From Spirochaetia bacterium (GTDB taxonomy: Bacteria; Spirochaetota; Spirochaetia; SZUA-6; Bin103), in NCBI GenBank assembly GCA_965203905.1, contig CBDBDQ010000005.1:5696001-5760000 (forward strand): a stretch of 64,000 bases of DNA. The letters are read 5' to 3'. The notes below the pieces were generated by a model that saw only the letters and a program-made list of their open reading frames with translations, made no database searches and was not told where the DNA came from. Each line of letters opens with the position of its first letter. The stretch's first letter is position 1. The translations under genes and the position numbers were made by a program. This document shows positions 8,584-17,862 of the stretch, in pieces.

Positions 8584-9552
8584 CTACCCTTTCAGAGATC
8601 CGATCATCACCCCGGTCATGAAGTAGCGCTGCAGGAACGGGTACAGCAGCAGGATCGGCGCCGAGGCGACCACGATGGCGGAAAACTTGATCAGCTCGGC
8701 CAGCATCTGGATCTCCGCGAACTCGCGCGGGTCGCCGGTGAACATCATCTCCGAGAGGCGGGCGCGCAGCAGGATGTCGCGCAGCACCATCTGCAGCGGG
8801 TACTTGTCGGGATCGTTGAGGAAGATCAGCGCCTCGAAGAAGGCGTTCCAGTGGAACACGCCGTAGAACAGCACCTCCACGGCGATGATCGCGGGCGAGA
8901 TCGGCAGCACGATCTGAAAGAAGAAGCGGGCCGTGCCACAGCCGTCCACACGCGCCGCCTCCAGCAGCTCGTCGGGAATGGTGGTGGCGAAGAAGGTGCG
9001 TGCGATGATCAGGTTGACCACGTTGACCGCGGTGGGCAGCACCATGGCGCCGAGGGTGTCGAGCAGCCCAAGGTTGCGCACCACCAGGTAGAGCGGGATC
9101 AGGCCGCCGTTGAACAGCATGGTGAACACGATGAATCCGGTAATCAGGTTGCGGCCCTTGAAGTCGCGCCGCGACAGGGCGTAGCCGGCGAGCACGGTGA
9201 GGGTGACGTTGAGCGCCGTGCCGACCCCGGTGTAGATGAAGGTGTTGCGGTAGCCGATGAGGATGTTGGGATCGCGAAACACCCGGGTATAGCCCTGCAG
9301 GGTGATCCCGCGCGGGTACCAGGTCACCTTGCCGGTGCTTACCAGGCTCGGTTCGCTGATCGAGGAGATCAGCACGAAGTAGAGCGGGTACACCAGTGAC
9401 ACCAACACCAGCGCCAGGATGGCCAGGTTGACGGCGTCGAACACCCGGTCGGGGGCGCTCGGCTGCGTCCGACCGCGGCGCCGCGGGGCGCTCTCCAGGA
9501 CGTGGTCGAGCGCCTGCCCGGCGCCGCCGCTGCTCAGCTCGCGGTCTGCCAT
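8584..9552 (-). CDS. Carbohydrate ABC transporter permease (LplC-like)
   Basis: EAA motif IPDELLEAARVDG; YPFLQRYF..GVMIGSLKG. Confidence 0.93.
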   Translation of the reverse strand: MADRELSSGGAGQALDHVLESAPRRRGRTQPSAPDRVFDAVNLAILALVLVSLVYPLYFVLISSISEPSLVSTGKVTWYPRGITLQGYTRVFRDPNILIGYRNTFIYTGVGTALNVTLTVLAGYALSRRDFKGRNLITGFIVFTMLFNGGLIPLYLVVRNLGLLDTLGAMVLPTAVNVVNLIIARTFFATTIPDELLEAARVDGCGTARFFFQIVLPISPAIIAVEVLFYGVFHWNAFFEALIFLNDPDKYPLQMVLRDILLRARLSEMMFTGDPREFAEIQMLAELIKFSAIVVASAPILLLYPFLQRYFMTGVMIGSLKG

Positions 9553-9571
9553 CGTGCCCCTGCCCCTGCGC

Positions 9572-10537
9572 CTACCACAGGCTGTTGCCGGTGACCCGCT
9601 TGGAAACCTGGTTGACAAGCAGAATCAGCGCCAGGTTGATCACCGCGTTGAACAGCCCGACCGCCGCCGAGAAGCTGAACTGCGCCGCGAGCAGCCCCTG
9701 CTTGTAGACGTAGGTGGGGATGATCTCCGAGGCATCCATGTTGAGCTCGGTCTGCATCAGGAACGCCTTCTGGAAGCCGATGTCCATGAGCCGCCCGACG
9801 CGCAGTATCAACAGCACCACGGCGGTGGGCACGATGCCGGGGATGTCGATGTGGATGATGCGCTGCAGCTTGGTGGCGCCGTCGACGATCGCGGCTTCGT
9901 GCAGCTCCGGGTTGATGGTGCTGAGCACCGCCAGGTAGATGATGGCCGCGAAGCCGCTCTCCTTCCAGATCTCGGTGCCCACGTAGACGTGCCGGAACCA
10001 GGCGGCGCTGCCCATGAAGTCGGTCGCACCACCGCCGAAGAACATGATCAGGCGGTTGACCACGCCGTTGGTGGGCGACAGGAACAGGAAGATCATGCCG
10101 ATGAACACCACCATCGAGATGAAGTAAGGGACGTAGGAGGCGGTCTGCAGGGTCTTGCGCAGCAGCGGGTAGTCGACCTGGTTGACCATCAGCGCGAAGG
10201 CGATCGGCACCGGGAACGCCGCCACCAGCACGTACACGCTGATCAGGATGGTGTTGCGAATCAGCAGCTCGAAGAAGTAGGAGTTGAAGAACCGTTCGAA
10301 GTGGGCGAAGCCGGCCCAGGGGCTGCCCAGGATGCCCTTGATCGGGGTGAAGTGCTTGAACGCGATGGTGGCCCCGTACATCGGCCAGTAGTGGAAAATC
10401 ACGAAGTAGAGGACGGTCGGCAGCACGAACAGGTACAGCACCCAGTTCTCGCGCAGGTAGCGCACCATCGTGTGCCCCCGTGTTGCCGTAGTCTGGAAGT
10501 CCTGGCCGGCAGGCGATTGCTGGATATCGGTTGCCAT
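9572..10537 (-). CDS. Carbohydrate ABC transporter permease (LplB-like)
   Basis: PMYG..IAFK, ELHEAAIVDGA, SEII.TYVYK.GL. Confidence 0.93.
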   Translation of the reverse strand: MATDIQQSPAGQDFQTTATRGHTMVRYLRENWVLYLFVLPTVLYFVIFHYWPMYGATIAFKHFTPIKGILGSPWAGFAHFERFFNSYFFELLIRNTILISVYVLVAAFPVPIAFALMVNQVDYPLLRKTLQTASYVPYFISMVVFIGMIFLFLSPTNGVVNRLIMFFGGGATDFMGSAAWFRHVYVGTEIWKESGFAAIIYLAVLSTINPELHEAAIVDGATKLQRIIHIDIPGIVPTAVVLLILRVGRLMDIGFQKAFLMQTELNMDASEIIPTYVYKQGLLAAQFSFSAAVGLFNAVINLALILLVNQVSKRVTGNSLW

Positions 10538-10634
10538 CGTGTTCCGCTCAGCCACGCTCGGCCGTGACGCTAGCACGGGTCCGGTCAGCGGTCAACCATT
10601 CTGACCGAACCGCCTGAGGCTCCTCCGCGTGATT

Positions 10635-10648
10635 TGAAAACGTTTGTC
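10635..10648. promoter_or_regulatory. Putative LacI-family operator upstream of the sugar ABC operon
   Basis: TGAAAACGTTTGTC resembles the LacI/cre palindrome TGAAAACGTTTTCA; it lies just downstream of a minus-strand TATGTT -10-like hexamer. Confidence 0.4.
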
Positions 10649-10683
10649 GTTTTGGTTAACATAAAGACACAGAGACCCCACGG

Positions 10684-11199
10684 ATGATCGTAGCCGACGC
10701 TTCTCCCTTGATTGCCCTTGCCAAGCTTGCGCGCATGACCCTTTTGAGGGATCTGTACGGCGAGGTGATCATCGGATCTACGGTCGAGGCGGAAACGGTC
10801 ACCGCCGGCCGAGCTGTTCGCGCTCTTGGCGTGGAGCAGATCGAGGCCGCCCTGGCAGACGGCTGGTTGCAGACGACGCATTTGAGTGCGCACGAGGACA
10901 GCCTGATGCAACGCTTCGTGATCCATTCGCGTTTGGACCGCGGCGAGGCCGAGTCGATCGCCCTCGCGACCGCACGAGGCCTGCCGCTCATCGTGGACGA
11001 CAAGGAGGCGCGCGCGGTAGCCTCCGCGGCAAGCGTCGCGCATGTCGGTACGGCCGGGGTGCTGCTGGAAGCGTGTTTGCGGCGGCGCCTTGAATTGGGA
11101 GAGTTGGAGGCCATCATTCGGGATCTCACTCGGATCCTGTGGCTGTCTCCGGCGGTCGTGGCCGAAGTACTGAGACTCGCGCGGGAGGCAAGACCATGA
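10684..11199 (+). CDS. PIN-domain toxin (DUF3368 / VapC-like)
   Basis: MIVADASPLI, LDRGEAESIALA, IVDDKEAR, GTAGVL. Confidence 0.9.
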   Translation: MIVADASPLIALAKLARMTLLRDLYGEVIIGSTVEAETVTAGRAVRALGVEQIEAALADGWLQTTHLSAHEDSLMQRFVIHSRLDRGEAESIALATARGLPLIVDDKEARAVASAASVAHVGTAGVLLEACLRRRLELGELEAIIRDLTRILWLSPAVVAEVLRLAREARP

Positions 11200-11516
11200 A
11201 GAACGACCAGATGGTAGGCACCCGGCTCCCGATGGACCTGGTCCGGGAACTGGAGCTGATCGAGGGTGTCGAGCAATCCGACCGCTCAACCACGGTGCGC
11301 CGGTTGCTTTCGAACGCGATCGGACAGTGGAAGCTTGATCACTACGCCCGGCTCTATGGCGAGGGAAAGCTTACCTTGGCACGAGCAGCGCGCGAGGCCG
11401 ACGTTTCCCTGTGGGAGATGATGGAGCACACACGGGCCAGCAAAATAGCCGTCCAATACGGCCTCGAGGACCTTCAGCAGGACCTGAGTATCATTCGACG
11501 CGGCTTGCAACGATGA
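11196..11516 (+). CDS. UPF0175-family antitoxin with RHH-like N-terminus
   Basis: VGTRLP...DRSTTVRRLL, LYGEGKLTLARAAREADVSLWEM; ATGA overlap with the toxin. Confidence 0.82.
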   Translation: MKNDQMVGTRLPMDLVRELELIEGVEQSDRSTTVRRLLSNAIGQWKLDHYARLYGEGKLTLARAAREADVSLWEMMEHTRASKIAVQYGLEDLQQDLSIIRRGLQR

Positions 11517-11663
11517 TCTGACCGGTCGCTACGGCGGCGGAGTGCGTTGCCAGGGATCGCCGGTGCGTTGCTGCCAGCGCGCGCCAGGTCGCAGACGTGG
11601 CGCAACGGCTGCCTGGTGGGCGGCGGTTGACACGGGTGCATGGCAGTAGCGACGGTATGTGCC

Positions 11664-12698
11664 ATGAGTGAGACCGCGCCGGAGCCCGGCGGCGCCGCCT
11701 GGCATGCCCAGGTGGAGGAACCGGTGATCGATGCCGAGCAGCCGCTGATCGATCCCCATCACCACTTCTGGCTGCCGGAGCACGACTCGCCCTGGGGCAG
11801 CTACGAGCTGGACGACCTCTGGGCCGACACCGGCTCCGGCCACCGGGTGGTCAAGACGGTGTTCATCGAGTGCCATGCCCACTACCGCACCACCGGGCCG
11901 GAGCATCTGCGACCGGTGGGCGAGACGGAGTGGGTGGCGGGCATCGCCCGGGAGAGCGCCGCCGGCAGCGCCGGGCAGGCCGCGGTGGGCGGCATCGTCA
12001 GCTTCGCCGACCTGCGCCTGGGGGAGCGCCTGGGCGAGGTGCTCGACGCGCACGAGGAAGCGGGCGCCGGCCTGTTCCGCGGCATCCGCCACGCCGGTGC
12101 GCGCCACCCGCAGCCGGATGCGTCGTACCGCACCCCCGCGCGGGGGGCACCCGCGGGCCTGTTCCTGGACAGCGCCTTCCAGGAGGGAGTACGGCTGCTG
12201 GGCCGGCGTGGCTACACCTACGAGAGCTGGCACTACCATACCCAGCAGCGCGACTACCGGGAGCTGGCGTTGGCGGCGCCCGATGCCACCATAGTCGTCG
12301 ACCATCTCGGCTACCCGCTCGGCACCGGCCCGTTCGCCGGCCGCCTCGACGAGGTGTTCGCCGCCTGGAAGCCCGTTATCGCCGCGCTGGCCGAGTGCCG
12401 CAACGTGTTCTGCAAGCTGGGCGGCCTGGCGCAGCCCGACAACGGCTTCGCCCTGCACACCGCCGCGCGACCGCCCACCTCCGACGAGCTGGTGGCCCTG
12501 CAGGGGCACTGGTACCGGCACGCCATCGAGTGCTTCGGACCCGAGCGCTGCCTGTTCGAGAGCAATTTCCCGGTGGACAAGGTGTCGGTCTCCTACCGCG
12601 TGCTGTGGAACGCCTTCAAGAAGCTGGTGGCCGAGTTCAGCGCCGACGAACGGCACGCGATGCTCTACGGCACCGCCGCCCGCATCTACCGCCTGTAG
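11664..12698 (+). CDS. Amidohydrolase_2 family protein
   Basis: IDPHHHFW, RGIRH, VVDHLG, CKLGGL, FESNFPVDK. Confidence 0.92.
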   Translation: MSETAPEPGGAAWHAQVEEPVIDAEQPLIDPHHHFWLPEHDSPWGSYELDDLWADTGSGHRVVKTVFIECHAHYRTTGPEHLRPVGETEWVAGIARESAAGSAGQAAVGGIVSFADLRLGERLGEVLDAHEEAGAGLFRGIRHAGARHPQPDASYRTPARGAPAGLFLDSAFQEGVRLLGRRGYTYESWHYHTQQRDYRELALAAPDATIVVDHLGYPLGTGPFAGRLDEVFAAWKPVIAALAECRNVFCKLGGLAQPDNGFALHTAARPPTSDELVALQGHWYRHAIECFGPERCLFESNFPVDKVSVSYRVLWNAFKKLVAEFSADERHAMLYGTAARIYRL

Positions 12699-12754
12699 CG
12701 CCACGCGCCGTACTCGCCGCCGGCGCTGACCCTGCCGTCAAGGTCATGTGCCCG

Positions 12755-13573
12755 TCAGCTCTCGGTGTAGGTGGCGGTGGCTTCGCGGAACTCGGTCATC
12801 GGGCACCGCGGCGGCGTGCCGACCGGGTTGTGCCGCCAGCGGTCGGTGCCGCGTGCCCAGAACGCCTGGAACATCGGCCACTCGCGCAGGTCGCAGCGCA
12901 CTTCGCCCGCCGAGTAGCGCATCGTCAGCCCGCAGCGCAGCCGGTTCGAACGGTTGGGTTGAGAGCCGTGTACGATACGATCGTCGTGGAGGCTCATCTC
13001 GCCGGCGGCCAACTCCAGGAACACCGCCTCGCGCGGGTCGACCTGGCCGGCTTCGAGTTGCAGCGGCAGCACTGCCTTGCGGTCGTGCAGCGCGCCGTGC
13101 TGCAAGTGCCCCAGGGTGTGGGAGCCGGGAATCACCTGCATTGCCCCGTTGTCCCGGTCGGAGTCGGCGAACGCCAGCCAGGCGGTCACCGAACGGTGCG
13201 GCCGCAGCGGCCAGTAGAAGGCGTCCTGGTGCCAGGGGGTGAGCTTGCCGTCGCCGGGATCCTTGGCGAAGAACTGGGTGCCCCACAGGTAGAAGTCGGG
13301 CCCGAGCAACGACTCTACCCGGTCCAGAATCGCGGCGGCGGTGCACAGCTCGTACAGCTCGCGGTCGAATATGTGCCACCAGTCCATCTGCTGGGTCGAC
13401 GCACCCGCCGGCAGCAGCGCGCGCAGCCGCCGGAACAGCCGCCCCAGGCCCCCGGTCTCGGCCGCCGGCACTACCGGCACCGGGCACAGGTAGCCGCGAT
13501 CGTGGTACTGGCTCACCTGCGCCGCGCTGAGGGCGGTGGAGCGCGGCAGGCTGATTGCCTTCGATTCACTCAT
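12755..13573 (-). CDS. Phytanoyl-CoA dioxygenase (PhyH) family Fe/2OG oxygenase
   Basis: WHQD, NGAMQVIPGSH, HGS.PN.S..R. Confidence 0.92.
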   Translation of the reverse strand: MSESKAISLPRSTALSAAQVSQYHDRGYLCPVPVVPAAETGGLGRLFRRLRALLPAGASTQQMDWWHIFDRELYELCTAAAILDRVESLLGPDFYLWGTQFFAKDPGDGKLTPWHQDAFYWPLRPHRSVTAWLAFADSDRDNGAMQVIPGSHTLGHLQHGALHDRKAVLPLQLEAGQVDPREAVFLELAAGEMSLHDDRIVHGSQPNRSNRLRCGLTMRYSAGEVRCDLREWPMFQAFWARGTDRWRHNPVGTPPRCPMTEFREATATYTES

Positions 13574-13695
13574 CGGTAGACGCTCCCGGCACTCGCCGTG
13601 GTCCCCGTCATGCTACCGCGCCACGGCCGAATACGCAAACCAACACGCAGCGCCACTGGTCCGCGACGTGCGGCTCCGCTATACTCGGATGTCGC

Positions 13696-14529
13696 ATGGA
13701 CTCGCCAACCTTCAACGCCGGTCACTCCGCGCCCGACCCGCAAGCCGGTGAGCCCGCGGCGAAGCCGGACCGGACGCCGGCCGGGGTACTCGCGCCGCCC
13801 ATCCTGGGCATGCCCCATGCCACCGCAGTCGCTGGGCCGGCCGGTGCCGCTACGCGGTCCGCGGCGCTCGGCGTCGACGTCGAAACCCTGGTGACCGAGG
13901 ATGATACGCCGGTGGACAACATGCCCTCCGAGAAGCAGCAACGGCTGCTCACCGAGCCGCTGTACAGTTCCTGGTCGGGGCCGGGAGCCGGGCGCACGTT
14001 TCTGGCGGCGGCCAACGTGGGGGTGTTCCCGGAGCCGCGCAACCCGGCGATCGTGCCGGACGTGTTCGTGAGCCTGGACGTGCAGGTGCACGAGAATTTC
14101 TGGGACAAGGCGCACCGGTCGTACTTCGTGTGGGAGTTCGGCAAGCCACCGGAACTGGTGGTGGAGATCGTGTCGAACCAGAAGGGCAACGAGGTGGGGC
14201 GCAAGCGGCAGCGGTACGCGGAGATGGGAGTCGGGTACTACGTGATCCACGATCCGCTGCATCAGGTGATGGACGATGAACTGCGCATCTACCGGTTGAG
14301 GAGTGGGAGCTACAAGCGCCGGGAGTCGCACTTGTTTCCTGAGTTGCGGTTGGGTCTGACGCTGTGGGACGGGGTGTTCGAGGCGGTACGGCACCGGTGG
14401 TTGCGCTGGGTGGACGAGCACGGCGCGTTGATTCCGACGGGTCGGGAGCGTGCCGATGAGCAATACCGGCGCGCCGAGCGCTTGGCGGCGCTGCTGCGGC
14501 GATCGGGCATCGACCCCGAGCAGGAGTGA
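13696..14529 (+). CDS. Uma2 family putative restriction endonuclease
   Basis: TEDDTPVDN, VPDVFVSL, PPELVVEIVSN, YYVIHDP. Confidence 0.9.
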   Translation: MDSPTFNAGHSAPDPQAGEPAAKPDRTPAGVLAPPILGMPHATAVAGPAGAATRSAALGVDVETLVTEDDTPVDNMPSEKQQRLLTEPLYSSWSGPGAGRTFLAAANVGVFPEPRNPAIVPDVFVSLDVQVHENFWDKAHRSYFVWEFGKPPELVVEIVSNQKGNEVGRKRQRYAEMGVGYYVIHDPLHQVMDDELRIYRLRSGSYKRRESHLFPELRLGLTLWDGVFEAVRHRWLRWVDEHGALIPTGRERADEQYRRAERLAALLRRSGIDPEQE

Positions 14530-14581
14530 GTACGCCGGTGCGGCAGCCGGAGGATTCCCGCACCCCGGCGGGAGACTCTTC

Positions 14582-15406
14582 ATGACCGACGACGAAAAAT
14601 ACCTGTTCGACCTCAACGGCTACCTGGTGGTGCGTGACGCGCTGTCGCCCGAGGATATCGCTCTGGCCAACGCCGCCATCGACCGGCACGCTGGCGAGAT
14701 CCGCGAGCGGGTCGGAGAGGACTCGCTCTCCGGCGGCTCGGCGGCGCTGCGGGGCAGCACCGGCCGCGGCGACCTGGCGGGGGCGCTGATGTGGGAGGAC
14801 CCGTACGGGCGCCCGTTTCGCGACATGCTGGTGAATCGCAAGGTCGTGCCCTACCTGCACGAGCTGCTCGGTCCCGGCTTCCGGCTCGATCATAACCTCG
14901 GCATCCTCACCATGCGCAGGGGCGCGGAGGGGCACGTCCTGCACGGCTCCTCCGGTCCCGGCTTCGACCGCCATCAGTACTACATCGTACGCGACGGCAA
15001 GATGCACAACGGCCTCACGGTGGTCGCCTTCCAGCTCACCGACATCAACCCCGGCGACGGCGGCCTGTGCCTGGTTCCCGGCAGCCACAAGGGCAACTTC
15101 CCCTGCCCCGCCGCCCTGCGCCGCGGCGAGGCGCACCAGGAATTCGTCAAGCAGATCACCTGCAGGGCCGGGGACTGCGTCATCTTCACCGAGGCGGTCA
15201 CCCACGGCTCGCTGCCGTGGACCGCCGCCCACCAGCGCCGTACCGCCCTGTTCCGTTTCTCCCCCGGCAACCTGGCCTACGTCCCCCACGCCTGGCCGGC
15301 GGAGATGCTGGCCCTGATGACCCCCGAGCAGCGCCTGGTGATGGAGCCCCCCTACCACTCGCGCCTGGACCGCCCCGTGCTGGAGCTGGACAGCCGCCGC
15401 GCGTGA
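14582..15406 (+). CDS. PhyH-family Fe/2OG oxygenase with atypical H-G-S motif
   Basis: FDLNGYLVVR, DGGLCLVPGSHK, AGDCVIFTEAVTHG; LHGS occupies the HxD position. Confidence 0.88.
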   Translation: MTDDEKYLFDLNGYLVVRDALSPEDIALANAAIDRHAGEIRERVGEDSLSGGSAALRGSTGRGDLAGALMWEDPYGRPFRDMLVNRKVVPYLHELLGPGFRLDHNLGILTMRRGAEGHVLHGSSGPGFDRHQYYIVRDGKMHNGLTVVAFQLTDINPGDGGLCLVPGSHKGNFPCPAALRRGEAHQEFVKQITCRAGDCVIFTEAVTHGSLPWTAAHQRRTALFRFSPGNLAYVPHAWPAEMLALMTPEQRLVMEPPYHSRLDRPVLELDSRRA

Positions 15407-16864
15407 CCCCGCCGACGCACCCGTACGACCTGCTGGTGGTGGGCGGCGGCGCCGGCGGCTTTGCGGCCGCCCTGGCCGGCGCCCGGCGCGGGGCGCGCAC
15501 GGTGCTGGTGGAGAGGAGCGACACCCTGGGTGGCAACGCGGTGCGCTGCGGCGTGAACTGCTGGGAGCCGGGGGCGGGCGGAACCGGCATCCCGTTCGAC
15601 CTGTACCGCCGCCTGCGGCGCATCCCCCATGCCATCGGCATCTACTCCTTCGGCCGCCACGGCTGCTGGTACGACCCGCAGCGCGAACCCTATCGCTTTC
15701 CCGGCGGCGAGCAGCTGATCGACGCCTCCGGCCGTTACCTGGACACGCTGCGCCGCCACGGCTCGCGCGGACTGCCCGCGGACGAACAGTTCTGCCGCCG
15801 CCACTGGCACGGCGTGCCGTTCGAGCCGGAGGCGATGCACCTCGCGATGTGGGAGCTGCTGGAAGAAACGGGGAACTGTCGCGTGCTGCCGCAGAGCTCC
15901 TTCACCGAGGTGGAGACGGATGCCGGCCGCATCACGGGGGTGACCCTGGACCACGGCTGGCGGGTAGCAGCGCGGACGGTGGTGGATGCGACCGCCGACC
16001 TGCATCTGTGCGCCGCCGCCGGCTGTGCCCTCACCAGCGGCCAGGAGCCGCGTTCCCGCTACGCCGAGCCGGACGCCCCCGCCGAGCCGAGCGACCGCAT
16101 CAATGGGGTGTCGTTGATCTACCGGGTCGCCCGTTGCGACCCACCCGGGGTCGAGCCGCTCCCGGCCGCCATTCCCCAGCATTGCTGGTGGCGCGACCCG
16201 GAGGCCGGCTTTCCGTGGACCTCCATTACCCAGTATCCCAACGGCGACCTCAACCTGAACATGCTGCCCACGATGGAGGGCGCCGAGTTCCTGCGTCGCG
16301 GCTACGGCGACGCCTACGCCGAGTGCGAGCGCCGCGCGCTGGCCCACTGGCACGATTTGCAGCGCCGGTTCGCCGAGTTCCGGCGCTTTCGGAGGACCTG
16401 GACGGCACCGGGGCTGGGGGGTGCGCGAGTCGCGCCGGGTCGTCGCCGAGTACGTGCTCACCGAGCACGATCTGCTGGCCGGCCTGAGCGGGCAGGATCA
16501 TTCCGACATCATCTGCATCGCCGACCATGCCATGGACACCCACGGCAGCCACGGGCGGCCGTGCGGTGAGCTGCGCGAGCCCTATGGCGTGCCCTTTCGC
16601 TGCCTGGTCCCGCGCGGCTTCGGCAACCTGCTGGTGGCGTGCCGCGGGGCCGGCTTCAGCGCCCTCGCCGCTTCCAGTTGCCGCCTGACGCGCACCATGA
16701 TGCAGCTCGGGCAGGCCGCCGGCACCGCGGCCGCGCTGGCGCGCAAGCGCGACCTGCCGGTGGTCGAGGTGCCCGCTCGGGAACTGCGGGCGGCACTGGC
16801 GGAACAGCACGTCCAGCTTTCCCATCCCATGAGCGAGGAGCTGCACCGCCACCTCGCCGGCTAG
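15403..16864 (+). CDS. FAD-dependent oxidoreductase (FAD_oxidored family), frameshifted at a G6 run (16416-16421)
   Basis: DLLVVGGGAGG, VDATAD, G-V-RESRR restored by removing one G, YGVPFRCLVP, NLLVACR; GTGA overlap with the PhyH stop. Confidence 0.85.
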
Positions 16865-16902
16865 CCCGGTCTGGCGCCGAGGGTTTGCGCGCGTCCCGAC
16901 GG

Positions 16903-17802
16903 GGTAGTGCGTCAATTCACTTTTTATGGAATTGACATAAGAAAATAGGTAGGAAGAGTGAGCGCCGACGAGATAGACAGGATGGTAAGAGCGGCTCACC
17001 GGAGGCTAAAGGAGTCGCGCCGTCGAGTCGCCTGCCTGGGCGGCGGTCCACGCCGCCTCCAGATTCTATGAACGACAGAGCCCGCGCGCCGCACAGTGGC
17101 GCCGAAAAAACGCGGCCGGCGCCCCTGCGCGGAACTCTGCTGCGGCTGCTGCAGGACGCATGGGTAAGGGAGCAGCGGCTGATTAATGCCTTGCCGACTC
17201 GAGAGCGAACGCGCCGCGGCACGCTCGATAACTGGTCTTGCCGCGATGTGGTCGCACACATCGCCGCTTGGCGGCGTGAGGCCGCTACTCAGCTTGAGCG
17301 TGTCAGCAGCGGTGCCGCAGGATCCGACATCGAAATCCAAGCGTTCAACGACAAGATGTATCTGGAACATCGAGATCAAAGCTGGACGACGATCAAGCGG
17401 GGCGCCAAGCTCAGTTATCTCGCGCTACGGGCACAGACCGAGCAGCTCTCCGACGACCAGCTCAGCCGCCCGGCAGGACTGTCCGGGCGAAACTGGAGTC
17501 CGTGTCAGCTCATCAAGGTCGATGGCTACGATCACCCTATGCGGCACATGGCAAGTCTCTATCGCACACTTGGGAATCGCGCGGAGGCCGACTCTATAGC
17601 GACAGCAATCGCACACGGCTCGCTCGAACTCGCGACGGCCTGCGGTGCTTAAAGGTGCCCGTCTGTAGTCGGAGACCGCACAGTGACAACGGACGCAGAC
17701 GCTCCTTTATCGAGAGGGTTCAGGGCGATGCCGTCTTTGTGAGGGGCACCTACGCAGTAGACGCACTTACCCCTCCTACCTAAAGCAAACTGACGCACTA
17801 CC
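16903..17802. mobile_element. Putative non-autonomous mobile cassette with terminal inverted repeats
   Basis: Left GGTAGTGCGTCAATT (16903-16917); right AACTGACGCACTACC (17788-17802), 14/15 complementary. Subterminal TAGGTAGGA/TCCTACCTA pair, lower GC interior, no transposase. Confidence 0.65.
17068..17652 (+). CDS. DinB / ClbS-DfsB-like four-helix-bundle protein
   Basis: WSCRDVVAHIAAW and H...H (DHPMRH) motifs; atypical codon usage. Confidence 0.75.
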   Translation: MNDRARAPHSGAEKTRPAPLRGTLLRLLQDAWVREQRLINALPTRERTRRGTLDNWSCRDVVAHIAAWRREAATQLERVSSGAAGSDIEIQAFNDKMYLEHRDQSWTTIKRGAKLSYLALRAQTEQLSDDQLSRPAGLSGRNWSPCQLIKVDGYDHPMRHMASLYRTLGNRAEADSIATAIAHGSLELATACGA

Positions 17803-17862
17803 CCCGGCTACCCCCGGCGGTCGCGGAGTGACACCGGCCCGCGCATGCGGGATGATGGAGGG

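Noticed and set aside
10579-11525. CCGGTCAG/CTGACCGG flanking the PIN TA pair as transposon ends
   Set aside because: Only 8 bp, GC-rich, and no target duplication; likely chance.
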